The position numbers were made by a program, and so were the translations under genes. The notes below the pieces were generated by a model. It saw only the letters and a program-made list of their open reading frames with translations. It was not told where the DNA came from and ran no database searches. Positions 16,068-30,000 of a stretch of 64,000 nt of DNA are shown piece after piece (the stretch's first letter is position 1; every line of letters begins with the position of its first letter). Origin of the DNA: the human T2T-CHM13v2.0 reference genome, Homo sapiens; assembly GCF_009914755.1 (NCBI RefSeq), contig NC_060937.1; one strand, given 5' to 3'.

Positions 16068-19000
16068 TATGAAAGTACATCAAATATAGATTATATAATG
16101 TACATTAAATACCAAACTACCCCAAATATATATTTTATACTGTATATGAAATATCTAACTTCACAAACTATATATTATATACTGTACATAAAATATCAAA
16201 GTACCCAAGGTATATATTCTATACTGTACAAAAGATATCAAAGTACCCAAAGCATGTATTATATACTGTACATAAAATATGAAAGTACATCAAATATATA
16301 TTTTATTCTGCACATAAAATATCAAAGTACACCAGATATATATTCTATAGTGTACCTAAAATATCAAAGTATCCAAACTATTTATTACACACTGTACATA
16401 AAATATGAAATTACATCAAATATATATTATATTAGGTACATAAAATATGAAAGTACATCAAATATAGATTATATGCTGTACATTAAATACCAAAGTACCC
16501 CAAATATATATTTTATACTGTACATGAAATATCAAAGTTCACAAACTATATATTATATACTGTACATAAAATATCAAAGTACCCAATGTATATATTCCAT
16601 ACTGTACCAAAAATATCAAAGTACCCAAAGCACGTATTATATACTGTACATAAAATATCAAAGTACATCAAATATATATTTTATTCTGTACATAAAATAT
16701 CAAAGTACACCAGATATATATTCTATAGTGTACATAAAATATCAAAGTACCCAAACTATACATTATATACTGTACATAAAATATGAAATTATATCAAATC
16801 TATATTAGGTACATAAAATATGAAAGTACATAAAATATAGATTATATACTGTACATAAAATATCAAAGTACCCCAAATATATATTATATACTCTACATGA
16901 AATATTAAAGTTCACAAACTATATATTATATACTGTACATAAAATATCAAAGTACCCAAGGTATATATTCTATACTGTGCAAAAAATATCAAAGTACCCA
17001 AAGCATGTATTATATACTGTATATAAAATATGAAAGTACATCAAATATATATTTTATTCTGCACATAAAATATCAAAATACAACAGATATATATTCTATA
17101 GTGTACATAAAATAACAAAGTACACAAACTATACATTTTATACTGTACATAAAATATGAAATTACATCAAATATATATTAGGTACATAAAATATGAAAGC
17201 ACATCAAATATAGATTATATACTGTACATATAATATCAACGTACCCCAAATATATATTTTATACTCTACATGAAATATCAAAGTTCACAAACTATATATT
17301 ATATACTGTACATAAAATATCAAAGTACCCAAGGTATATATTCCATACTGTACCAAAAATATCAAAGTACCCAAAGCACGTATTATATACTGTACATAAA
17401 ATATGAAAGTACATCGAATATATATTTTATTCTGTACATAAAATATCAAAGTACACCAGATATATATTCTATAGTGTACATAAAATATCAAAGTACCCAA
17501 ACTATACATTATATACTGTACATAAAATATGAAATTACATCAAATATATATTAGGTACATAAAATATGAAAGTACATCAAATATAGATTATATACTGTAC
17601 ATAAAATATCAAAATACCCCAAATATATATTATATACTCTACATGAAATATCAAAGTTCACAAACTATATATTATATACTGTACATAAAATATCAAAGTA
17701 CCCAAGGTATATATTCTATACTGTGCAAAAAATATCAAAGTACCCAAAGCATGTATTATATACTGTATATAAAATATGAAAGTACATAAAATATATATTT
17801 TATTCTGTACATAAAATAACAAAGTACACCAGATATATATTCTATAGTGTACATAAAATAACAAAGTACAAAAACTATAAATTATATACTGTACATAAAA
17901 TATGAAATTACATCAAATATATATTAAGTACATAAAATATGAAAGTACATCAAATATAGATTATACACTGTACATATAATATCAATGTACCCCAAATATA
18001 TATTTTATACTCTACATGAAATATCAAAGTTCACAAACCATACATTATATACTGTACATAAAATATCAAACTACCCAAGGTATGCATTCTATACTGTACA
18101 AAAAATATCAAAGTACCCAAAGCATGTATTATATACTGTACATAAAATATGAAAGTACATCAAATATATATTTTATTCTGTACATAAAATATCAAAGTAC
18201 ACCAGATATATATTCTATAGTGTACATAAAATATCAAAATACCCAAACTATACATTATATACTGTACATAAAATATGAAATTACATCAAATATATATTAA
18301 GTACATAAAATATGAAAGTACATCAAATATAGATTATATACTGTACATAAAATATCAAAGTACCCCAAATATATATTATATACTCTATATGAAATATCAA
18401 AGTTCACAAACTATATATTATATACTGTACATAAAATATAAAAGTACCCAAGGTATATATTCTATACTGTGCAAAAAATATCAAAGTACCCAAAGCATGT
18501 ATTATATACTGTATATAAAATATGAAAGTACATCAAATATATATTTTATTCTGCACATAAAATATCAAAATACAACAGATATATATTCTATAGTGTACAT
18601 AAAATAACAAAGTACACAAACTATACATTATATACTGTACATAAAATATGAAATTACATCAAATATATATTAGGTACATAAAATATGAACGTACATCAAA
18701 TATAGATTATATACTGTACATATAATATCAATGTACCCCAAATATATATTTTATACTCTACATGAAATATCAAAGTTCACAAACCATACATTATATACTG
18801 TACATAAAATATCAAAGTACCCAAGGTATATATTCTATAGTGTACAAAAAATATCAAAGTACCCAAAGCATGTATTATATACTGTACATAAAATATGAAA
18901 GTACATCAAATATATATTTTATTCTGTACATAAAATATCAAATTACACCAGATATATATACTATAGTGTACATAAAATATCAAAGTACCCAAACTATACA

Positions 19001-20896
19001 TTATATACTGCACATGAAATATGAAATTACATAAAATATATATTATATTAGGTACATAAAATATGAAATTACATAAAATATATATTATATTAGTTATATA
19101 AAATAAGAAAGTACATCAAATATAGATTATATACTGTACATTAAATACCAAACTACCCCAAATATATATTTTATACTGTATATGAAATATCAAACTTCAC
19201 AAACTATATATAATATACTGTACATAAAATATCAAAGTACCCAAGGTATATATTCTATACTGTACAAAAGATATCAAAGTACCCAAAGCATGTATTATAT
19301 ACTGTACATAAAATATGAAATTACATCAAATATATATTTTATTCTGTACATAAAATATCAAACTACACCAGATATATATTCTATAGTGTACATAAAATAT
19401 AAAAGTACCGAAACTATTTATTATATACTGTACATAAAATATGAAATTGCATCAAATATATATTAGTTACATAATATATTAAAGTACATCAAATATAGAT
19501 TATATACTGTACATAAAATATCAATGTACCCCAAATATATATTTTATACTATACATGAAATATCAAAGTTCACAAACCATATATTGTATACTGTACATAA
19601 AATATCAAAGTACCCAAGGTATATATTCTATACTGTACAAAAAATATCAAAGTACCCAAAGCATGTATTATATACTGTACATAAAATATGAAAGTACATC
19701 AAATATATATTTTATTCTGTACATAAAATATCAAAGTACACCAGATATATATTCTATAGTGTACATAAAATATCAAAGTACCCAAACTATACATTATATA
19801 CTGTACATAAAATATGAAATTACATCAAATATATATTATATTAGGTACATAAAATATGAAAGTACATCAAATAGAGATTATATACTGTACATTAAATACC
19901 AAAGTACCCCAAATATATATTTTATACTGTACATGAAATATCAAAGTTCACAAACTATATATTATATACTGTACATAAAATATCAAAGTACCCAAGGTAT
20001 ATATTCTATACTGTACAAAAAATATCAAAGTACCCAAAGCATGTATTATATACTGTACCTAAAATATGAAAGTACATGAAATATATATTATATTCTGTAC
20101 ATAAAATTTCAAAGTACACCAGATATATATTCTATAGTGTGCATAAAATATCAAAGTACCCAAACATTACATTATGTACTGTACATAAAATATGAAATTA
20201 CATCAAATATATATTATATTAGGTACATAAAATATGAAAGTACATCAAATATAGATTATACACTATATATAAAATATCAAAGTACCCCAAATATATATTA
20301 TATACTCTACATGAAATATCAAAGTTCACAAACTATATATTATATACTGTACATAAAATAAAGTCCCCAAGGTATATATTCTATACTGTAGAAAAAATAT
20401 CAAAGTACCCAAAGCATGTATTATATACTGTACATAAAATATGAAAGTACATCAAATATATATTTTATTCTGAACATAAAATATCAAGGTACACCAGATA
20501 TATATTCTATAGTGTACATATAATAACAAAGTACACAAACTATAAATTATATACTGTACATAAAATATGAAATTACATCAAATATATATTAAGTACATAA
20601 AATATGAAAGTACATCAAATATAGATTATATACTGTACATAAAATATAAATGTACCCCAAATATATATTTTATACTCTACATGAAATATCAAAGTTCACA
20701 AACCATATATTATATACTGTACATAAAATATCAAAGTACCCAAGCTATATATTCTATACTGTACAAAAAATATCAAAGTACCCAAAGCATGTATTATATA
20801 CTGTACATAAAATATGAAACTACATCAAATATATATTTTATTCTGTACAAAAAATATCAAAGTACACCAGACATATTTTCTATAGTGTACATAAAA

Positions 20897-21022
20897 TATC
20901 AAAGTACCCAAAGCATGTATTATATACTGTACATAAAATATGAGAGTACATCAAATATATATTTTATACTGTACATAAAATATCAAAGTACACCAGATAT
21001 ATATTCTATAGTGTACATAAAA
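20897..21022 (+). repeat. 12-mer variant: extra monomers 7-9 (+126 bp); also at ~24028, 50203, 54847, 60626
   Basis: Monomer 9 with marker CCAGACATATTTTC is followed by monomer 7 (CCCAAAGCATG) instead of monomer 1, and the next unit starts with an extra A (TATCAAAA). Confidence 0.85.
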
Positions 21023-24000
21023 TATCAAAAGTACACAAACTATAAATTATATACTGTACATAAAATATGAAATTACATCAAATATATATTAGGTACATAA
21101 AATATGAAAGTACATCAAATATAGATTATATACTGTACATAAAATATCAATGTACCCCAAATATATATTTTATACTCTACATGAAATATCAAAGTTCACA
21201 AACCATATATTATATACTGTACATAAAATATCAAGGTACCCAAGGTATATATTCTATACTATACAAAAAATATCAAAGTACCCAAAGCATGTATTATATA
21301 CTGTACATAAAATATGAGAGTACATAAAATATATATTTTATTCTGTACATAAAATATCAAAGTACACCAGATATATATTCTATAGTGTACATAAAATATC
21401 AAAGTACCCAAACTATACATTATATACTGTACATAAAATATGAGATTACATCAAATATATATTATATTAGGTACATAAAATATGAAAGTACATCTGATAT
21501 AGATTATACACTGTACATAAAATATCAAAGTACCCCAAATATATATTATATAATCTACATGAAATATGATAGTTCAAAAACTATATATTATATACTGTAC
21601 ATAAAATATCAAAGTACCCAAGGTATATATTCTATACTGTACAAAAAATATCAAAGTACCCAAAGCATGTATTATATACTGTGTATAAAATATGAAAATA
21701 CATTAAATATATATTTTATTCTGTACATGAAATATCAAAGTACACCAGATATATATTCTATAGTGTACATAAAATAACAAAGTACACAAACTATAAATTA
21801 TATACTGTACGTAAAATATGAAATTACATCAAATATATATTAGGTACATAAACTATGAAAGTACATCAAATATAGATTATATACTGTACATATAATATCA
21901 ATGTACCCCAAATATATATTTTATACTCTACATGAAATATCAAAGTTCACAAACCATACATTATATACTGTATATAAAATATCAAAGTACCCAAGGTATA
22001 TATTCTATACTGTACAAAAAATATCAAAGTACCCAAAGCATGTATTATATACTGTACATAAAATATGAAAGTACATCAAATATATATTTTATTCTGTACA
22101 TAAAATATCAAAGTACACCAGATATATATTCTATAGTGTACATAAAATAACAAAGTACACAAACTATAAATTATATACTGTACATAAAATATGAAATTAC
22201 ATCAAATATATATTAGGTACATAAAATATGAAAGTATATCAAATATAGATTATATACTGTACATATAATATCAATGTACACCAAATATATATTTTATACT
22301 GTACATGAAATATCAAAGTTCACAAACCATATATTATATACTGTACATAAAATATCAAAGTACCCAAGGTATATATTCTATACTGTACAAAAAATATCAA
22401 AGTACCCAAAGCATGTATTATATACTGTACATAAAATATGAAAGTACATCAAATATATATTTTATTCTGTACATAAAATATCAAAGTACACCAGATATAT
22501 ATTCTATAGTGTACATAAAATATCAAAGTACCCAAACTATACATTATATACTATACATAAAATATGAAATTACATCAAATATATATTATATTAGGTACAT
22601 AAAATATGAAAGCACATCAAATATAGATTATATACTGTACATTAAATACCAAAGTACCCCAAATATATATTTTATACTGTACATCAAATATCAAAGTTCA
22701 CAAACTATATATTATATACTGTACATAAAATATCAAAGTACCCAAGGTATATATTCTATACTGTACAAAAAATATCAAAGTACCCAAAGCATGTATTATA
22801 TACTGTACATAAAATATGAAAGTACATGAAATATATATTTTATTCTGTACATAAAACATCAAAGTACACCAGATATATATTCTATAGTGTACATAAAATA
22901 TCAAAGTACCCAAACTATACATTATATACTGTACATAAAATATGAAATTACATCAAATATATATTATATTAGGTACATAAAATATGAAAGTACATCAAAT
23001 ATAGATTATATACTGTACATAAAATATCAAAGTACCCCAAATATATATTATATACTCTACATGAAATATCAAAGTTCACAAACCATATATTATTTACTGT
23101 ACATAAAATATCAAAGTACCCAAGGTATATATTCTATACTGTACAAAAAATATCAAAGTACCCAAAGCATGTATTATATACTGTACATAAAATATGAAAC
23201 TACATGAAATATATTTTTTATTCTGTATAATAAATATCAAAGTACACCAGATATATATTCTATAGTGTACATAAAATATCAAAGTACCCAAACTATACAT
23301 TATATACTGTACATAAAATATGAAATTACATCAAATATATATTATATTAGGTACATAAAATATGAAAGTACATCAAATATAGATAATATACTGTACATAA
23401 ATTATCAACGTACCCCAAATATATATTATATACTCTCCATGAAATATCAAAGTTCACAAACTATATATTATATACTGTACATAAAATATCAAAGTACCCA
23501 AGGTATATATTCTATACTGCACAAAAAATATCAAAGTACCCAAAACATGTATTATATACTGTATATAAAATATGAAAGTACATCAAATATATATTTTATT
23601 CTGTACATAAAATATCAAAGTACACCAGATATATATTGTATAGTGTACATATAATAACAAAGTACACAAACTATAAATTATATACTGTACATAAAATATG
23701 AAATTACATCAAATATATATTAGGTACATAAAATATGAAAGTACATCAAATATAGATTATATACTGTACATAAAATATCAATGTACCCCAAATATATATT
23801 TTATACTCTACATGAAATATCAAAGTTCACAAACCATATATTATATACTGTAAATAAAATATCAAAGTACCCAAGGTATATATTCTATACTGTACAAAAA
23901 ATATCAAAGTACCCAAAGCATGTATTATATACTGTACATAAAATATGAAACTACATCAAATATATATTTTATTCTGTACAAAAAATATCAAAGTACACCA

Positions 24001-27000
24001 GACATATTTTCTATAGTGTACATAAAATATCAAAATACCCAAAGCATGTATTATATACTGTACATAAAATATGAAAGTACATCAAATATATATTTTATAC
24101 TGTACATAAAAAATCAAAGTACACCAGATATATATTCTATAGTGTACATAAAATATCAAAAGTACCCAAAATATACATTATATACTGTACATAAAATATG
24201 AAATTACATCAAATATATATTATATTAGGTACATAAAATATGAAAGTACATCAAATATAGATTATATACTGTACATTAAATACCAAAGTACCCCAAATAT
24301 ATATTTTATACTGTACATGAAATATCAAAGTTCACACACTATATATTATATACTGTACATGAAATATCAAAGTACCCAAGGTATATATTCTATACTGTAC
24401 AAAAAACATCAAAGTACCCAAAGCATGTATTATATACTGTACATAAAATATGAAAGTACATCAAATATGTATTTTATTCTGTACATAAAATATCAAACTA
24501 CACCAGATATATATTCTATAGTGTACATAAAATATCAAAGTACCCAAACTATACATTATATACTGTACATAAAATATGAAATTACATCAAATATATATTA
24601 TATTAGGTACATAAAATATGAAAGTACATCAAATATAGATTATATACTGTACATAAAATATCAAACTACCCCAAATATATATTATATACTCTACATGAAA
24701 TATCAAAGTTCACAAACTATATATTATATACTGTACATAAAATATCAAAGTACCCAAGGTATATATTCTATACTGTACAAAAAATATCAAAGTATCCAAA
24801 GCATGTATTATATACTGTATATAAAATATGAAAGTAAATAAAATATATATTTTATTCTGTACATAAAATATCAAAGTACACCAGATATATATTCTATAGT
24901 GTACATAAAATAACAAAGTACACAAACTATAAATTATATACTGTACATAAAATATGAAATTACATCAAATATATATTAGGTACATAAAATATGAAAGTAC
25001 ATCAAATATAGATTATATACTGTACATATAATATCAATGTACCCCAAATATATATTTTATACTCTACATGAAATATCAAAGTTCACAAACCATATATTAT
25101 ATACTGTACATAAAATATCAAAGTACCCAAGGTATATATTCTATACTATACAAAAAATATCAAAGTACCCAAAGCATGTATTTTATACTGTACATAAAAT
25201 ATGAAAGTACATAAAATATATATTTTATTCTGTACATAATATATCAAAGTACACCCGATATATATTCTATAGTGTACATAAAATATCAAAGTACCCAAAC
25301 TAAACATTATATACTGTACATAAAATATGAGATTACATCAAATATATATTATATTAGGTACATAAAATATGAAAGTACATCAGATATAGATTATATACTT
25401 TACATAAAATATCAAAGTACCCCAAATATATATTATATACTCTACATGAAATATCAAAGTTCACAAACTATATATTATATAATGTACATAAAATATCAAA
25501 GTACCCAAGGTATATATTCTATACTGTACAAAAAATATCAAAGTACCCAAAGCATGCATTATATACTGTATACAAAATATGAAAATACATTAAATATATA
25601 TTTTATTCTGTACATAAAATATCAAAGTACACCAGATATGTATTCTATAGTGTACATAAAATAACAAAGTACACAAACTATCAATTATATACTGTACATA
25701 AAATATGAAATTACATCAAATATATATTAGGTACATAAAATATGAAAGTACATCAAATATAGACTATATACTGTACATAAAATATCAATGTACACCAAAT
25801 ATATATTTTATACTCTACATGAAATATCAAAGTTCACAAACCATATATTATATACTGTACATAAAACATCAAAGTACCCAAGGTATATATTCTATACTGT
25901 ACAAAAAATATCAAAGTACCCAAAGCATGTATTATATACTGTACATAAAATATGAAAGTACATCAAATATATATTTTATTTTGTACATAAAATATCAAAG
26001 TACACCAGATATATATTCTATAGTGTACATAAAATATCAAGGTACCCAAACTATACATTATATACTGTACATAAAATATGAAATTACATCAAATATATAT
26101 TATATTAGGTACATAAAATATGAAAGTACATCAAATATAGATTATATACTGTACATTAAATACCAAAGTACCCCAAATATATATTTTATACTCTACATGA
26201 AATATCAAAGTTCACAAACCATATATTATATACTGTACATAAAATATCAAAGTACCCAAGGTATATATTCTATACTGTACAAAAAATACCAAAGTACCCA
26301 AAGCATGTATTATATAATGTACATAACATATGAAAGTACATCAAATATATATTTTATTCTGTACATGAAATATCAAAGTACACCAGATATATATTCTATA
26401 TTGTACATAAAATATCAAAGTACCCAAACTATACATTATATACTGTACATAAAATATGAAATTACATCAAATATATATTATATTAGGTACATAAAATACG
26501 AAAGTACATCAAACATAGATTATATACTGTACATAAAATATCAAAGTACCCCAAATATATATTACATACTCTACATGAAATATCAAAGTTCACAAACTAT
26601 ATATTATATACTGTACATAAAATATCAAAGTACCCAAGGTACATATTCTGTACTGTACAAAAAATATCAAAGTACCCAAAGCATGTATTATATACTGTAT
26701 ATAAAATATGAAAGTACATCAAATATATATTTTATTCTGTACGTAAAATATCAAAGTACACCAGATATATATTCTATAGTGTACATAAAATAACAAAGTA
26801 CAAAAACTATAAATTATATACTGTACATAAAATATGAAATTACATCAAATACATATTAGGTACATAAAATATGAAAGTACATCAAATATAGATTATGTAC
26901 TGTACATAAAATATCAATGTACCCCAAATATATATTTTATACTCTACATGAAATATCAAAGTTCACAAACCATATATTAAATACTGTACATAAAATATCA

Positions 27001-27057
27001 AAGTAACCAAGGTATATATTCTATACTGTACAAAAAATACCAAAGTACCCAAAGCAT

Positions 27058-30000
27058 GTATTATATAATGTACATAACATATGAAAGTACATCAAATATA
27101 TATTTTATTCTGTACATGAAATATCAAAGTACACCAGATATATATTCTATAGTGTACATAAAATATCAAAGTACCCAAACTATACATTATATACTGTACA
27201 TAAAATATGAAATTACATCAAATATATATTATATTAGGTACATAAAATAAGAAAGAACATCAAATGTAGATTATATACTGTATATAAAATATCAAAGTAC
27301 CCCAAATATATATTATATACTCTACATGAAATATCAAAGTTCGCAAACTATATATTATATACTGTACATAAAATATCAAAGTACCCAAGGTATATATTCT
27401 ATACTGTACAAAAAATATCAAAGTACCCAAAGCATGTATTATATACTGTACATAAAATATGAAAATACATTAAATATATATTTTATTCTGTACATAAAAT
27501 ATCAAAGTACTCCAGATATATATTCTATAGTGTACATAAAATAACAAAGTACACAAAGTATAAATTATATACTGTACGTAAAATATGAAATTACTTCAAA
27601 TATATATTAGGTACATAAAATATGAAAGTACATCAAATATAGATTATATACTGTACATATAATATCAATGTACCCCAAATATATATTTTATACTCTACAT
27701 GAAATATCAAAGTTCACAAACCATACATTATATACTGTACATAAAATATCAAAGTACCCAAGGTATATATTCTATACTGTGCAAAAAATATCGAAGTACC
27801 CAAAGCATGTATTATATACTGTATATAAAATATGAAAGTACATCAAATATATATTTTATTCTGTACATAAAATATCAAAGTACACCAGATATATATTCTA
27901 CAGTCTACATAAAATATCAAAGTACCCAAACTATACATTATATACTGTACATAAAATATGAAATTACATCAAATATATATTAGGTACATAAAATATGAAA
28001 GTACATCAAATATAGATTATATACTGTACATAAAATATCAAAGTACCCCAAATATATATTATATACTGTACATGAAATATCAAAGTTCACAAACTATATA
28101 TTATATACTGTACATAAAATATCAAAGTACCCAAGGTATATATTCTATACTGTACAAAAAATATCAAAGTACCCAAAGCATGTATTATATACTGTACATA
28201 AAATATGAAAGTACATCAAGTATATATTTTATTCTGTACATAAAATATCAAAGTACACCACATATATATTCTATAGTGTACATAAAATAACAAATTACAC
28301 AAACTATACATTATATACTGTACATAAAATATGAAATTACATCAAATATATATTAGGTACATAAAATATGAAAGTACATCAAATATAGATTATATACTGT
28401 ACATATAATATCAATGTACCCCAAATATATATTTTATACTCTACATGAAATATCAAAGTTCACAAACCATACATTATATACTGTACATAAAATATCAAAG
28501 TACCCAAGGTATATATTCTATACTATACAAAAAATATCAAAGTACCCAAAGCATGTATTATATACTGTACATAAAATATGAAAGTACATCAAATATATAT
28601 TTTATTCTGTACATAAAATATCAAAGTACACCAGATATATATTCTATAGTGTACATAAAATATCAAAGTTCCCATACTATACACTATATACTGTACATAA
28701 AATATGAAATTACATGAAATATATATTAGGTACATAAAATATGAAAGTACATCAAATATAGATTATATACTGTACATAAAATATCAAAGTACCCCAAATA
28801 TATATTATATACTCTACATGAAATATCAAAGTTCACAAACTATATATTATATACTGTACATAAAATATCAAAGTACCCAAGGTATATATTCTATACTGTA
28901 CAAAAAATATCAAAGTACCCAAAGCATGTATTATATACTGTACATAAAATATGAAAATACGTCAAATATATATTTTATTCTGTACATAAAATATCAAAGT
29001 ACACCAGATATATATTCTATAGTGTACATAAAATAACAAAGTACACAAACTATACATTATATACTGTACATAAAATATGAAATTACATCAAATATATATT
29101 AGGTACATAAAATATGAAAGTACATCAAATATAGATTATATACTGTACATAAAATATCAAAGTACCCCAAATATATATTATATACTCTACATGAAATATC
29201 AAAGTTCACATACCAGATATTATATACTGTACATAAAATATAAAAGTACCCAAGGTATATATTCTATACTGTACAAAAAATATCAAAGTACCCAAAGCAT
29301 GTATTATATACTGTATATAAAATATGAAAGTACATTAAATACATATTTTTTTCTGTACATAAAATATCAAACTACACCAGATATATATTCTATAGTGTAC
29401 ATAAAAAAACAAAGTACACAAACTATAAATTATATACTGTACATAAAATATGAAATTACATCAAATATATATTAGGTACATAAAATATGAAAGTACATCA
29501 AATATAGATTATATACTGTACATATCAATGTACCCGAAATATATATTTTATACTCTACATGAAATATCAAAGTTCACAAACTATATATTATATACTGTAC
29601 ATAAAATATCAAAGTACCCAAGGTATATATTCTATACTGTACAAAAAATATCAAAGTACCCAAAGCATGTAGTATATACTGTACATAAAATATCAAAGTA
29701 CCCCAAATATATATTATATACTCTACATGAAATATCAAAGTTCACAAGCTATATATTATATACTGTACATAAAATATCAAAGTACCCAAGGTATATATTC
29801 TATACTGTACAAAAAATATCAAAGTACACAAAGCATGTATTATATACTGTACATAAAATATGAAAGTACATCAAATATATATTTTATTCTGTACATAAAA
29901 TATCAAAGTACACCAGATATATATTCTATAGTGTACATAAAATAACAAAGTACACAAACTATAAATTATATACTGTACATAAAATATGAAATTACATCAA

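Larger units (their letters stand above)
1..26100 (+). repeat. Macro-duplication copy 1 (left end lies outside the window)
   Basis: Rare variants recur collinearly at +27,057 (ORFs 269/27326, 2670/29727), +29,306 (2929/32235 through 23265/52571) and +30,819 (23920/54739, 25705/56524). Confidence 0.88.
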
